The notes under the pieces were generated by a model. It was not told the origin of the DNA. It searched no databases and was given only the letters and a program-made list of their open reading frames with translations. From an uncultured Bacilli bacterium (GTDB lineage: Bacteria > Bacillota_I > Bacilli_A > RF39 > UBA660): DNA of 50,701 bases. Position numbers and translations under genes: made by a program. The stretch's first letter is position 1. Every line of letters begins with the position of its first letter. The stretch is taken from the NCBI GenBank assembly GCA_944371545.1, contig CALVXT010000001.1, positions 1 to 50,701 of the forward strand, given 5' to 3'. Shown here piece by piece: positions 1 through 7,761 of the stretch.

Positions 1-348
1 TTACAGTTCCTCTTAACATCAAAGTTCACTCCCTTCCTATTACTTTTTACTTCTGGTACTACTTTATCATGACTATGCATAAACTACAATTAAAATCTAT
101 CGACAAATTCTGCAGCATCGCCAATTATTTAATTTAACACATAAACCACGATAGAACTGATTATACTCTTTTTATTTTTAGATATCTATAAGTTCTCTCA
201 AAATGTTCAATTTTGGATGTAACATGTAAATTTCAAGTATTAAATTTTTTTAAAATTATATCTTACAATCATAAAAACCCTTTTAAAGTCTTCAAAGATT
301 TTTTGACGTTGATTTGTGTTATTCTTGTTTCCGTTGGGTAGTGATAGT

Positions 349-954
349 GTGAAAAAAATTTTTATAGAAAAATCAATAAGTTTAATTAAATATCGAAAAG
401 AACTCAACACAATTGAAGAGAAAAAGATGCGATATGGACTAGAAGCTTTTTATAATTTGATTACTAAAATTATTGTTCTATTTATCTTTGCTATTATATT
501 TGATTTAATTTTAGAGTTTTTCTTACTTTCTTTAATATATTCTACAATGCGACTATATGGATTTGGATTACATGCAAAGACAAGCTTACAATGTTGGTTT
601 ACAACTTTGCCTGTTTATATAGGTGGTTGCTTATTAATTAAATATCTAGCTATACCCAACTTCATTGCTGGAATTATATGGATATTTGGCTTTTTTTCTT
701 TTTTACTTTTTGCACCCGCTGATACTCCAGCAAGGCCTTTAATTCATAAAGAAAAAAGAATTCGAGCAAAGATTTTATCTATGAGTATTCTATTAGCATA
801 TTTATTTATATATCTTTATAATTTTAGTGCTATTCTTAACAATGCAATATTGTATGCGTTATTAATGGAAAGTGTTGTTATTAACCCTTTAATATATAAA
901 CTTACGGGTACTACATTTAATAATTATAAGTACTTTCAAAAAAACACGGTTTAA
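349..954 (+). CDS. agrB: AgrB-family accessory gene regulator B (membrane endopeptidase that processes the AgrD propeptide)
   Basis: Polytopic ~200-aa membrane protein. The His-x6-Cys pair in GFGLHAKTSLQCW is spaced like the catalytic His/Cys of AgrB. An AgrD-like peptide gene follows immediately. The track ORF opens at 316; GTG at 349 (VKKIFIEK) looks like the more typical N-terminus, so the start is uncertain. Confidence 0.8.
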   Translation: MKKIFIEKSISLIKYRKELNTIEEKKMRYGLEAFYNLITKIIVLFIFAIIFDLILEFFLLSLIYSTMRLYGFGLHAKTSLQCWFTTLPVYIGGCLLIKYLAIPNFIAGIIWIFGFFSFLLFAPADTPARPLIHKEKRIRAKILSMSILLAYLFIYLYNFSAILNNAILYALLMESVVINPLIYKLTGTTFNNYKYFQKNTV

Positions 955-998
955 ACTTTTTTATAAATTTAAACAAATCATTAGAAAGGAAGTGTATT

Positions 999-1112
999 AT
1001 GTTTTTCGTAGATATGTTATCAGGAATTGCTAATCTTTTTTCAAGATCAATTTCATCAGCATGCTTTTTATTAGTATTTGATGAACCTGTAGTAGATAAA
1101 GATATTTTATAA
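999..1112 (+). CDS. agrD: AgrD-like autoinducing peptide precursor (37 aa), not in the supplied ORF track
   Basis: Hand translation gives MFFVDMLSGIANLFSRSISSACFLLVFDEPVVDKDIL. It has an N-terminal amphipathic leader, a single Cys in SSACFLLVF, and an acidic DEP tail, as in AgrD. The SD-like AAAGGAAG (985-992) lies 6 nt upstream of the ATG. The gene sits 45 nt after agrB and before a terminator. Confidence 0.75.
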   Translation: MFFVDMLSGIANLFSRSISSACFLLVFDEPVVDKDIL

Positions 1113-1123
1113 GCAAAATTTTT

Positions 1124-1148
1124 CCAGTCATAATGACTGGTTTTTTTT
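1124..1148 (+). terminator. Rho-independent terminator after agrBD
   Basis: Stem CCAGTCA (1124-1130) pairs with TGACTGG (1134-1140) across a 3-nt loop, followed by T8 (1141-1148). Confidence 0.75.
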
Positions 1149-1277
1149 AAATTATTAATTGAATTAATATATATAGTATTATCTCAGTTATGTACGTTTT
1201 TTTTAAAAGATAAAAGTTAGTTATGATAATAAATTGAGTCATGATTACATTCAAAAAGATGTATTTTTTTTATTTGC

Positions 1278-2537
1278 TTAATTCTTCTTTTTGTTTACTT
1301 TTAATTGGTAAAAAAATTTATTTTCTTTAATATAAGTCGAAACCTTTATTGCATTGAATTTAAATATTGAAAACAAACCTAATCCATGGCCTTTTTGTTT
1401 TGAAGTATAATTTTTATTTCCTAATTCATCTAAATCAATTACACCAGAAAAAGTATTAACAATTGAAAGAATTATCTTTTCATCGTCATCATGAATATCT
1501 ATGTAGATTATTTTTTCTTTACTTTCTTTGGCAGCTTCAATTGCATTATCTAAACCAACGCCTAATGCTTCACAAAATAGGCTATAATCTCTTGCAGACA
1601 CAACTTCAATAATATTGTTTTTTATATGATTAGAAACCGATATTTTTATTTCTTTTGAATCTATATTATAAATTTTTTCAAAAATTATACCATTTATGCC
1701 ACTAGGTAGCTTTTTAAAATCTTTAGGCATTTTCATTGTTGATTGAAACTTTGAAATCAAATTATTTATTAAAATTTCAGTTTTTTTATTTGAAACACTT
1801 TTTAAGCCATTCAGGTTTGCAATTAAATTATGTTTTAATATTCTGTATTCATCAATTCTTTCAATAAAAAATTCGTTATTTTTCGTTAATAAAGTTATAT
1901 TTTCCTTTAAGAAAATAATTTGAGCTTGTTGGTAAATAAAAAATAAAATTCCTCCTAAAAAGAAAATAGAAATTAATAATACGATTGTTGAAACAGAAAC
2001 TCTATTAATATTTTTCAAGCAATATGATGCTAACCCTATATAAAACAATACAACAAATACTAGTATAAATATAAAATAATTTATTTTTAAAAAGTATTTT
2101 TTTATCCTATTAATTATGTTTATTATTTTTTTCGATTTTCCTAGACATAAAAATACTATTGCAATTATTAATGAGCCTAAAGTTTTATAAATCATTATAT
2201 TATTTTCATTTACAACAACTAATTTATTAAAAATATTCATGGTAGTTATATCTAAAAGAATAGCTAAAGCCCACTCTATTATTGAATAATAAATTAGATC
2301 TCGAGTACTAAGCGATAAAAAGTATTTACTTATTATAGCGATTATAATAAGTGATATTAAAGTTGATATTTCAGTTGCTATTATATTTATTGTTGCAATG
2401 TATATTATTGCGTAAGTTAACATACAAATAATTAACAAACGCTTTTTTACATATTCTTTTTCAGAAACCCTTTTTATAAAATCCAAAAAGCTAAAAAGCA
2501 TAATTGTAACAACTATCGTATATAAAAATTCAATCAT
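1278..2537 (-). CDS. AgrC-like (HPK10-type) sensor histidine kinase
   Basis: The N-terminal half is multi-TM. An H-box-like YRILKHNLIANL is present. The C-terminal GHKL ATPase motifs include GLDNAIEA and KGHGLGL. A 4-nt overlap with the upstream LytTR regulator indicates an operon. Confidence 0.8.
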   Translation of the reverse strand: MIEFLYTIVVTIMLFSFLDFIKRVSEKEYVKKRLLIICMLTYAIIYIATINIIATEISTLISLIIIAIISKYFLSLSTRDLIYYSIIEWALAILLDITTMNIFNKLVVVNENNIMIYKTLGSLIIAIVFLCLGKSKKIINIINRIKKYFLKINYFIFILVFVVLFYIGLASYCLKNINRVSVSTIVLLISIFFLGGILFFIYQQAQIIFLKENITLLTKNNEFFIERIDEYRILKHNLIANLNGLKSVSNKKTEILINNLISKFQSTMKMPKDFKKLPSGINGIIFEKIYNIDSKEIKISVSNHIKNNIIEVVSARDYSLFCEALGVGLDNAIEAAKESKEKIIYIDIHDDDEKIILSIVNTFSGVIDLDELGNKNYTSKQKGHGLGLFSIFKFNAIKVSTYIKENKFFYQLKVNKKKN

Positions 2538-3235
2538 TTTTCAATCTCTTTCTTATATTTCTTTGAAAGTAGCTCTACTTTTTCTCCAGTATCTAATATG
2601 AAATAGCCTTTTGAATAATTTCGTTCAACCATACGATCTTTATTAGCAATACAACTTTTATGAGTTCTCACAAAACGTTCATCTAACATTTCTAGTAATT
2701 TTTCTAAAGTCAAACTTGTTTTAAATTTATTATCACATGCATGAATTATACATTTCTTTTCTTCTTTTTCTATGTATAAGATATTCTTCATATGCAATTC
2801 TAATTCTACATTATTACCGGTAATTTTTAATATTTTCTTATCATACTTCTTATTTATAATTTTCAAGATATCTTCTTCTAATCTTTTATCCATATCTAGA
2901 AACTTTTCAATAAAATCAAAAACTTCTAAAATATTTCTATGTACAGTTTCAAACATTTTGTCATGACTCGTTACAAATATGATTTCACTATCCCAGTCAG
3001 TTTCTCTAATTTTTTGAGCAATTTCAATTCCACTAATACTATTATCTAGCTCGATATCCATTATATAAACTTTTCTTGTAGCTTGAGCTTCAATTTCTTT
3101 TTGAAGTTCTTTATTATATTTTTCATAATACTTTGCTTCATATTCTTGATTTGTGTTAATACTTATTTTAATTAGTAATTTTTTGATTTTCTCTTGAATC
3201 ACTTTATTATCTTCTACCACTATAAACTTTATCAT
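2534..3235 (-). CDS. LytTR-family response regulator (AgrA-like)
   Basis: Receiver domain (FIVVEDN ... IMDIELD) plus a C-terminal LytTR DNA-binding domain (FVRTHKSCIANKDRM). ATG at 3235 has better SD spacing (AAAGAG) than GTG at 3244. Confidence 0.85.
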   Translation of the reverse strand: MIKFIVVEDNKVIQEKIKKLLIKISINTNQEYEAKYYEKYNKELQKEIEAQATRKVYIMDIELDNSISGIEIAQKIRETDWDSEIIFVTSHDKMFETVHRNILEVFDFIEKFLDMDKRLEEDILKIINKKYDKKILKITGNNVELELHMKNILYIEKEEKKCIIHACDNKFKTSLTLEKLLEMLDERFVRTHKSCIANKDRMVERNYSKGYFILDTGEKVELLSKKYKKEIEK

Positions 3236-3309
3236 TTTCAACACTCTTTCTTTCGTTGTTTACTGTAAGCAATTATATCATATTTTTCTATAAAAAAGAA
3301 ATACCTAAA

Positions 3310-3882
3310 TCAAGGTATTTTTGAAATTATATAATTTTTATAGTTTTGATAATAATATACTTTTTTATTTTGCGTTTTTATTACATATTTTGGAATTTGC
3401 TCATTACTTCCAAATAGGTAAAATCGTGTATTCTTATAGTGTTTAAGTATATAATTTATAGTGTTTTCAAATCCATTTAAAATATAAAATGGATAACTTA
3501 TAGTTTTTATGTTTTTAGAAACTTTTTTTGTTAAAAGTAAATAACTATTATGAACATTTATGTAAATTTGATTTTTATTTATTGTATAAAGTGTTTTTTC
3601 ATCATAACATGTAATATGCGTTAATCCAAGATTATTTAAAATTGTTATTAAAATTTCTTTATCAACGTTTTCATAATTTCCAGGAATTATTAAATGAATT
3701 TTTTTTGGTTTTAAAAATGTTATCCACTTTTTCTTATTAATAAATTTATATAATGCTTGTTCAAATAAATTAATGTCTTTTATTTTTCCATAAGCCATTG
3801 CTTCTTTAGGAAAAGCATTTTCTTTAATTTCTTCGTTTTCTTTATATTGAATAGTGTTTTCATATAGATATATAGTAATCAT
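3310..3882 (-). CDS. Hypothetical protein (190 aa), no domain recognised
   Basis: A long open frame in a stop-rich AT genome with normal local amino-acid composition. No clear SD; the ATG follows directly after the upstream terminator. Confidence 0.5.
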   Translation of the reverse strand: MITIYLYENTIQYKENEEIKENAFPKEAMAYGKIKDINLFEQALYKFINKKKWITFLKPKKIHLIIPGNYENVDKEILITILNNLGLTHITCYDEKTLYTINKNQIYINVHNSYLLLTKKVSKNIKTISYPFYILNGFENTINYILKHYKNTRFYLFGSNEQIPKYVIKTQNKKVYYYQNYKNYIISKIP

Positions 3883-3885
3883 TTT

Positions 3886-3907
3886 GAAAAAAATCCCAGT
3901 TGGGATT
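3886..3907 (-). terminator. Rho-independent terminator after the spoIIQ-like gene
   Basis: Minus strand reads AATCCCAACTGGGATT followed by T7. It overlaps the stop codon at 3906-3908. Confidence 0.6.
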
Positions 3908-4559
3908 AATTTATTTCAGAAATACTTTTATCAAATAAATTATTAGGATTTGTTAATACACCATCAATATAAGTTTCAAACAATAAAGATTCGGCTTTTG
4001 AAGAATCAATATTACTTGTTCCTGAAGTTGCAATGACTTGATTTTGAGTTATTTGATCCCCTTCGTTTACTTTAATTTCTCCTAATGTATAGTAAACTGC
4101 TGTAATTTTGTTATCACATTCAATAGTAATCATCTGTCCTAAAATTTCATCTTCTTTGATTTCTTTTACTGTTCCATTAAGAATAGCTATGACATCAAAT
4201 TTTTCATCACTACCATAAAGAATTCCAGTATTTGGCATGTAAGTATTCTCATAAAAAATCAAAGCTTTTTCTTGATTTTCAGTACTTTCATCCTTATTAT
4301 AAAATTCTTTAGTTACTGTTACTTTGTCACTTGTATAAGGTCTTACAATCTTTATTTCGGTTGTCGTATCGACTTCAGTATTTGTTGGATCATTTTCACT
4401 TTCTTCAAATACACTTTTACTATAATTGTAATCCTCGTCATTCATTTTCTGCTTTTCTAATAAACTTTGACTTAAAAATGTAATGCTTACGATCATTACT
4501 CCTAAAACAACAAAATAAATTGCTGGTAATACATAACCTTTTAATTTTCTTTTTTTCAT
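3906..4559 (-). CDS. spoIIQ: SpoIIQ-like protein: N-terminal membrane anchor plus degenerate LytM/M23 domain
   Basis: TM helix (LPAIYFVVLGVMIVSITFL). The M23-like C-terminus has GDQITQNQVIATSGTS, but LLFE replaces the HxH metal site. It lies directly downstream of spoIID, as in clostridial genomes. Strong SD (GGAGG). Confidence 0.65.
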   Translation of the reverse strand: MKKRKLKGYVLPAIYFVVLGVMIVSITFLSQSLLEKQKMNDEDYNYSKSVFEESENDPTNTEVDTTTEIKIVRPYTSDKVTVTKEFYNKDESTENQEKALIFYENTYMPNTGILYGSDEKFDVIAILNGTVKEIKEDEILGQMITIECDNKITAVYYTLGEIKVNEGDQITQNQVIATSGTSNIDSSKAESLLFETYIDGVLTNPNNLFDKSISEIN

Positions 4560-4609
4560 TTCTTTGTTCCTCCTCGTCTATATTTTGGGTGGAACTTATT
4601 TTTTTATAC

Positions 4610-5530
4610 CTATAAATTTGTAATTTCTGTATTTTGATAATAATATTTAACAATTTCTTCATAGGAGTAACCTTCTTTAGCCATTCCATTTGCTCCATAT
4701 TGACTCATGCCTACTCCATGTCCATATCCCCTTGTCGTTATCGTAACACCCGATTCATTAATTACAATATCAAAATCTGTTGAACGCAAACCTAATTTTG
4801 AACGCATTTCTGTTCCTTTAAAAGTTTGATTATTAATTGTAATAGTTAAAACCCGATTGGAATCACTTCTTGTTATATCTTGAATTTCAACACTATCACA
4901 AGTAATTCCTAATGAACTACAAAAGTCTTCTTTAAAAAAATTTATTGTATAACTATAGTTATTAAGACTTTCATTATCCCATTTGGATGAAACACTATTT
5001 AAATAGGGTAAATCTTGCGCGAATACTAATTCACAGTTTTCTGTATATCCGTTACTCATCGAAAAATAAAAAGCATTAATGACCTCTCCATTATAGGTAA
5101 GTACTTGTCCTTGAGTTTCTTCTACTGCTTGGCGAATTTTTAAATAATTTGTAAAGAAATTAACTTTCCATTGAGCTAAAAGGGTTTTATTATCTTTATA
5201 AGCTTGATCTTTTACTCCTTTTATTAAATCATAATCTAAATTTCTTGTTTCTTTTTTATACATAGCAAATGTTCTTGCCGCTACGGCCTGAGCTTTTAAT
5301 GCCTCTAATTCAAAACTTGCTGGCATTTCTGCAGCAACCACTCCTATTATATAATCCTCTAAATTAATGTTCGTAATTTCATTTGTCGACTCATCTAAAA
5401 GTCTAATAATAATAGGCTCTTTTCCCTCTTCTACAACTATAGGTTCTGTCACTTTTTTGATTGAAAGACTGACAATAAGTAAAATAGCCGTTAGTATAAA
5501 TACTACGGCTAATAAAATTTTATTTTTCAT
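4610..5530 (-). CDS. spoIID: Stage II sporulation protein D (SpoIID/LytB lytic transglycosylase)
   Basis: SpoIID-domain motifs are present: VVAAEMP, EALKAQAVAARTF, GHGVGMSQYGA. The start was moved to MKNKILL (5530), which has an SD and a signal anchor. The track ORF extends to 5623. Confidence 0.9.
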   Translation of the reverse strand: MKNKILLAVVFILTAILLIVSLSIKKVTEPIVVEEGKEPIIIRLLDESTNEITNINLEDYIIGVVAAEMPASFELEALKAQAVAARTFAMYKKETRNLDYDLIKGVKDQAYKDNKTLLAQWKVNFFTNYLKIRQAVEETQGQVLTYNGEVINAFYFSMSNGYTENCELVFAQDLPYLNSVSSKWDNESLNNYSYTINFFKEDFCSSLGITCDSVEIQDITRSDSNRVLTITINNQTFKGTEMRSKLGLRSTDFDIVINESGVTITTRGYGHGVGMSQYGANGMAKEGYSYEEIVKYYYQNTEITNL

Positions 5531-5541
5531 TATTGGTCTCC

Positions 5542-5739
5542 TTATAAAAATTCTAAAACAAAATTTGTTACAAGATACCCCATTACTAAACTTAATAATA
5601 AAACTAATATTCTTGTTTCCCAAATACGGTTTTTTCGAATAATTTTTTCAAAATTAATTCCTGATAAAGCAAAGGCAGATAGCATAGAAAAAAATATATA
5701 TAAATAGATTTTATAATCCATTATATGCTCCATTTTCAT
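5542..5739 (-). CDS. Small DUF1146-type membrane protein (YwzB-like)
   Basis: Two TM helices with a KIIRKNRIWETR loop. It occupies the same neighbourhood as B. subtilis ywzB (near spoIID/murA). The start may be 5721. Confidence 0.55.
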   Translation of the reverse strand: MKMEHIMDYKIYLYIFFSMLSAFALSGINFEKIIRKNRIWETRILVLLLSLVMGYLVTNFVLEFL

Positions 5740-6163
5740 AATCTATTATTTTATTTATTCTTCTAATGTGTCTTTCTTCCGTTGCTGATTTTGTATTTAA
5801 AAAAGTTTTGATAATATTTAATGCTTCTTCTTTACTAATTCCACCAAAGGCAATTACATTTGCTCCATTGTGGTTTTTCGCATGATGAGCATCTTCTTCA
5901 TTCACTACTCGTGCACAACGGATGCCTTTTACTTTATTTGCTGCGATAGAAATACCTATTCCATTTCCACATATTAAAATGCCTAAGTTGGCTGGGTCTT
6001 TTAACACATTTTGACAAACATCAAAAGCAAAATCTGGGTAATCATCTTCTTCATTATTTTTTAAAGAAGACATTTCAATATCTATACCTGCTTCTTTTAA
6101 ACTCTGAAATAAATAATTTTCTAGTTCTTTTCCTCGATGATCTGCTCCAATGAATAATTTCAT
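5711..6163 (-). CDS. rpiB: Ribose-5-phosphate isomerase B (RpiB/LacAB family)
   Basis: MKLFIGADHRG at the N-terminus and the CGNGIGISIAANK active-site loop. Confidence 0.9.
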   Translation of the reverse strand: MKLFIGADHRGKELENYLFQSLKEAGIDIEMSSLKNNEEDDYPDFAFDVCQNVLKDPANLGILICGNGIGISIAANKVKGIRCARVVNEEDAHHAKNHNGANVIAFGGISKEEALNIIKTFLNTKSATEERHIRRINKIIDYENGAYNGL

Positions 6164-6224
6164 TTTTTCACGCTCCTTATATTTTATTATATAATTTTTT
6201 GAAAATAAAAAAAAGAAAAATACC

Positions 6225-6437
6225 TTATTTTTCTTCTTGATTTATGTTATATTTACGATTAAATTTTTCAATCTTACCAGCTTTGATTGCTTTTCCTTGT
6301 TTTCCTGTATAAAAAGGATGACATTCTGAGCATACTTCTACTTCAATATGATCTTTTGTAGATAAAGTCTTAAAAGATGCTCCACAAGCACAAGTAACAG
6401 TTACTTCTTTCATTTCTGGATGAATATTTGCTTTCAT
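6225..6437 (-). CDS. rpmE: 50S ribosomal protein L31 (Zn-ribbon type)
   Basis: MKANIHPE start and CxC...CxxC cysteines ([17 protein letters not shown]). Confidence 0.95.
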   Translation of the reverse strand: MKANIHPEMKEVTVTCACGASFKTLSTKDHIEVEVCSECHPFYTGKQGKAIKAGKIEKFNRKYNINQEEK

Positions 6438-6569
6438 AACAACTTACTCTCCTTTCGCCATACCCTTAATTTGGGCATAGAAATTTCTTTTCCATAGTAT
6501 TATATCATATTTTTTTTAGGAAGCAAGAAAAAAATAGCTGTCCAATCAATATAAAATTTTATGTTAAAA

Positions 6570-7238
6570 TTAAATATTTTCAATAATTTTTTCACTTATA
6601 TAGCGATGACCTTTATAATTAAAGTAATAGTTGTCTTTTGTAAAAAAGTAATCGGGTGTTTGAGAAATACTTTCAATATTTATAAACTTTATTTCATAGT
6701 TTTTGCATATTTCTTCTAAACGAGCATTGATATTTTTTATTTGCTCTTCCTTAATTCTTGGTGTTGGATATAGACTTATTACTACAATATTTTTTTTATT
6801 ATAAATTCGTAGAAATTTTAAAATTTTTTCCATATTATTTACATATTCATCAACTATAGCCGTCGTTAATTCCTTTTTGTTGTTTAATTCATACATTCCT
6901 AAAGATAAAGTCAATATTTTTGCTTTTGCTATTGCTTGGGTAATAGATGTATTTGTACTTTCTAAGGTATAATTATTTTGAAATTTTAATAATAATGTTT
7001 TCGTTGTTTCTTCTACTTCAGCAAATTCTGTTATATATTCTTTTAAAATGCTATTTTCTTCATAATAATCTTTTAAATAGTCATTATAGCTATATCCTTG
7101 GACATTAAACGCTGTTTCCCCTAAGGCTATGCCATCTCCTAAAGCAACAATATTCATATCTTCATGATAAAAGTTTTTATATATAAAAAATGTTGATATT
7201 GCTCCAATGATGATAGTTAATAAAATGATTTTTTTCAT
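6570..7238 (-). CDS. Membrane-anchored SGNH/GDSL-fold protein with degenerate catalytic motifs
   Basis: Signal anchor, then NIVALGDGIALGE (block I with Gly where the Ser nucleophile is expected) and a C-terminal DNYYFNYKGH (block V without the usual DxxH). ATG at 7238 has AGGTG 6 nt upstream. Confidence 0.5.
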   Translation of the reverse strand: MKKIILLTIIIGAISTFFIYKNFYHEDMNIVALGDGIALGETAFNVQGYSYNDYLKDYYEENSILKEYITEFAEVEETTKTLLLKFQNNYTLESTNTSITQAIAKAKILTLSLGMYELNNKKELTTAIVDEYVNNMEKILKFLRIYNKKNIVVISLYPTPRIKEEQIKNINARLEEICKNYEIKFINIESISQTPDYFFTKDNYYFNYKGHRYISEKIIENI

Positions 7239-7286
7239 AACATACACCTAGTAAATTTTATGAAAAAAACGAAAAAGTCATTCCTT

Positions 7287-7760
7287 TTATCGTTTTACGA
7301 TATTTGTAGTTATTTCTCGGTTTTTTCCAAAAAATGTTACTCGTGCTTTGGCTGTTTTTTTTCCATCAATATGAATTTCCCCATTTATTTCTTCATATTT
7401 AGGACTATAAATTAAATGACAAAAATTATTTGGAGAATTCTCTTCCATAATTTTGTCTTCTTTTGAAAATATTGCTGGATATTCACCATGAGAATGAAAA
7501 TTTCCAATAACTTTATAGTTCTTCATATGAACTTTGCAATACTCTTCCAAATACTTTCTCGTTAATTCAAAAAAGTGATATCGATTTTTTGTTCCTTGAT
7601 TTTCATCTAAAAAAGCCGCGGTAATAATAAAAGTCATTTGATTTTCATTTTCTTTTATTTTTCCAATAAGATAGCCTCCACATTCTAAAAAAGGATTGTT
7701 ATTCGCAAAATCTATAATTTGTTTAAAGGTTTCTCGATGAATTTTAATAATAAATTCCAT
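7287..7760 (-). CDS. Stand-alone JAMM/MPN+ metalloprotease-fold protein (157 aa)
   Basis: Complete JAMM signature: Glu in LECGGY, then HSHGEYPAIFSKED (HxH-x7-S-x2-D). ATG at 7760 lies 1 nt after the murA stop codon (7762-7764). The track ORF extends to 7823, inside murA. Confidence 0.7.
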   Translation of the reverse strand: MEFIIKIHRETFKQIIDFANNNPFLECGGYLIGKIKENENQMTFIITAAFLDENQGTKNRYHFFELTRKYLEEYCKVHMKNYKVIGNFHSHGEYPAIFSKEDKIMEENSPNNFCHLIYSPKYEEINGEIHIDGKKTAKARVTFFGKNREITTNIVKR

Positions 7761-7761
7761 A

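Noticed and set aside
1-80. Possible N-terminus of a minus-strand gene (MHSHDKVVPEVKSNRKGVNFDVKRNC...) running off the left edge.
   Set aside because: Only 26 codons are visible, there is no SD upstream of the ATG, and no recognisable similarity. This is too little evidence to call.
2772-2966. 64-aa plus-strand ORF antisense to the LytTR regulator. Similar antisense track ORFs lie at 4272-4460, 5367-5642, 8330-8641, 9397-9651, 10180-10392, 12695-13441, 15764-16204, 19123-19338 and 23397-23618.
   Set aside because: All are embedded opposite genes with strong family signatures, are rich in Phe/Ile/Leu/Ser from antisense AT-rich codons, and lack SD sequences.
4438-4698. 86-aa minus-strand ORF bridging the spoIID stop and the spoIIQ-like start.
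   Set aside because: It overlaps both better-supported genes out of frame. The strong GGAGG SD belongs to the spoIIQ-like ATG at 4559.
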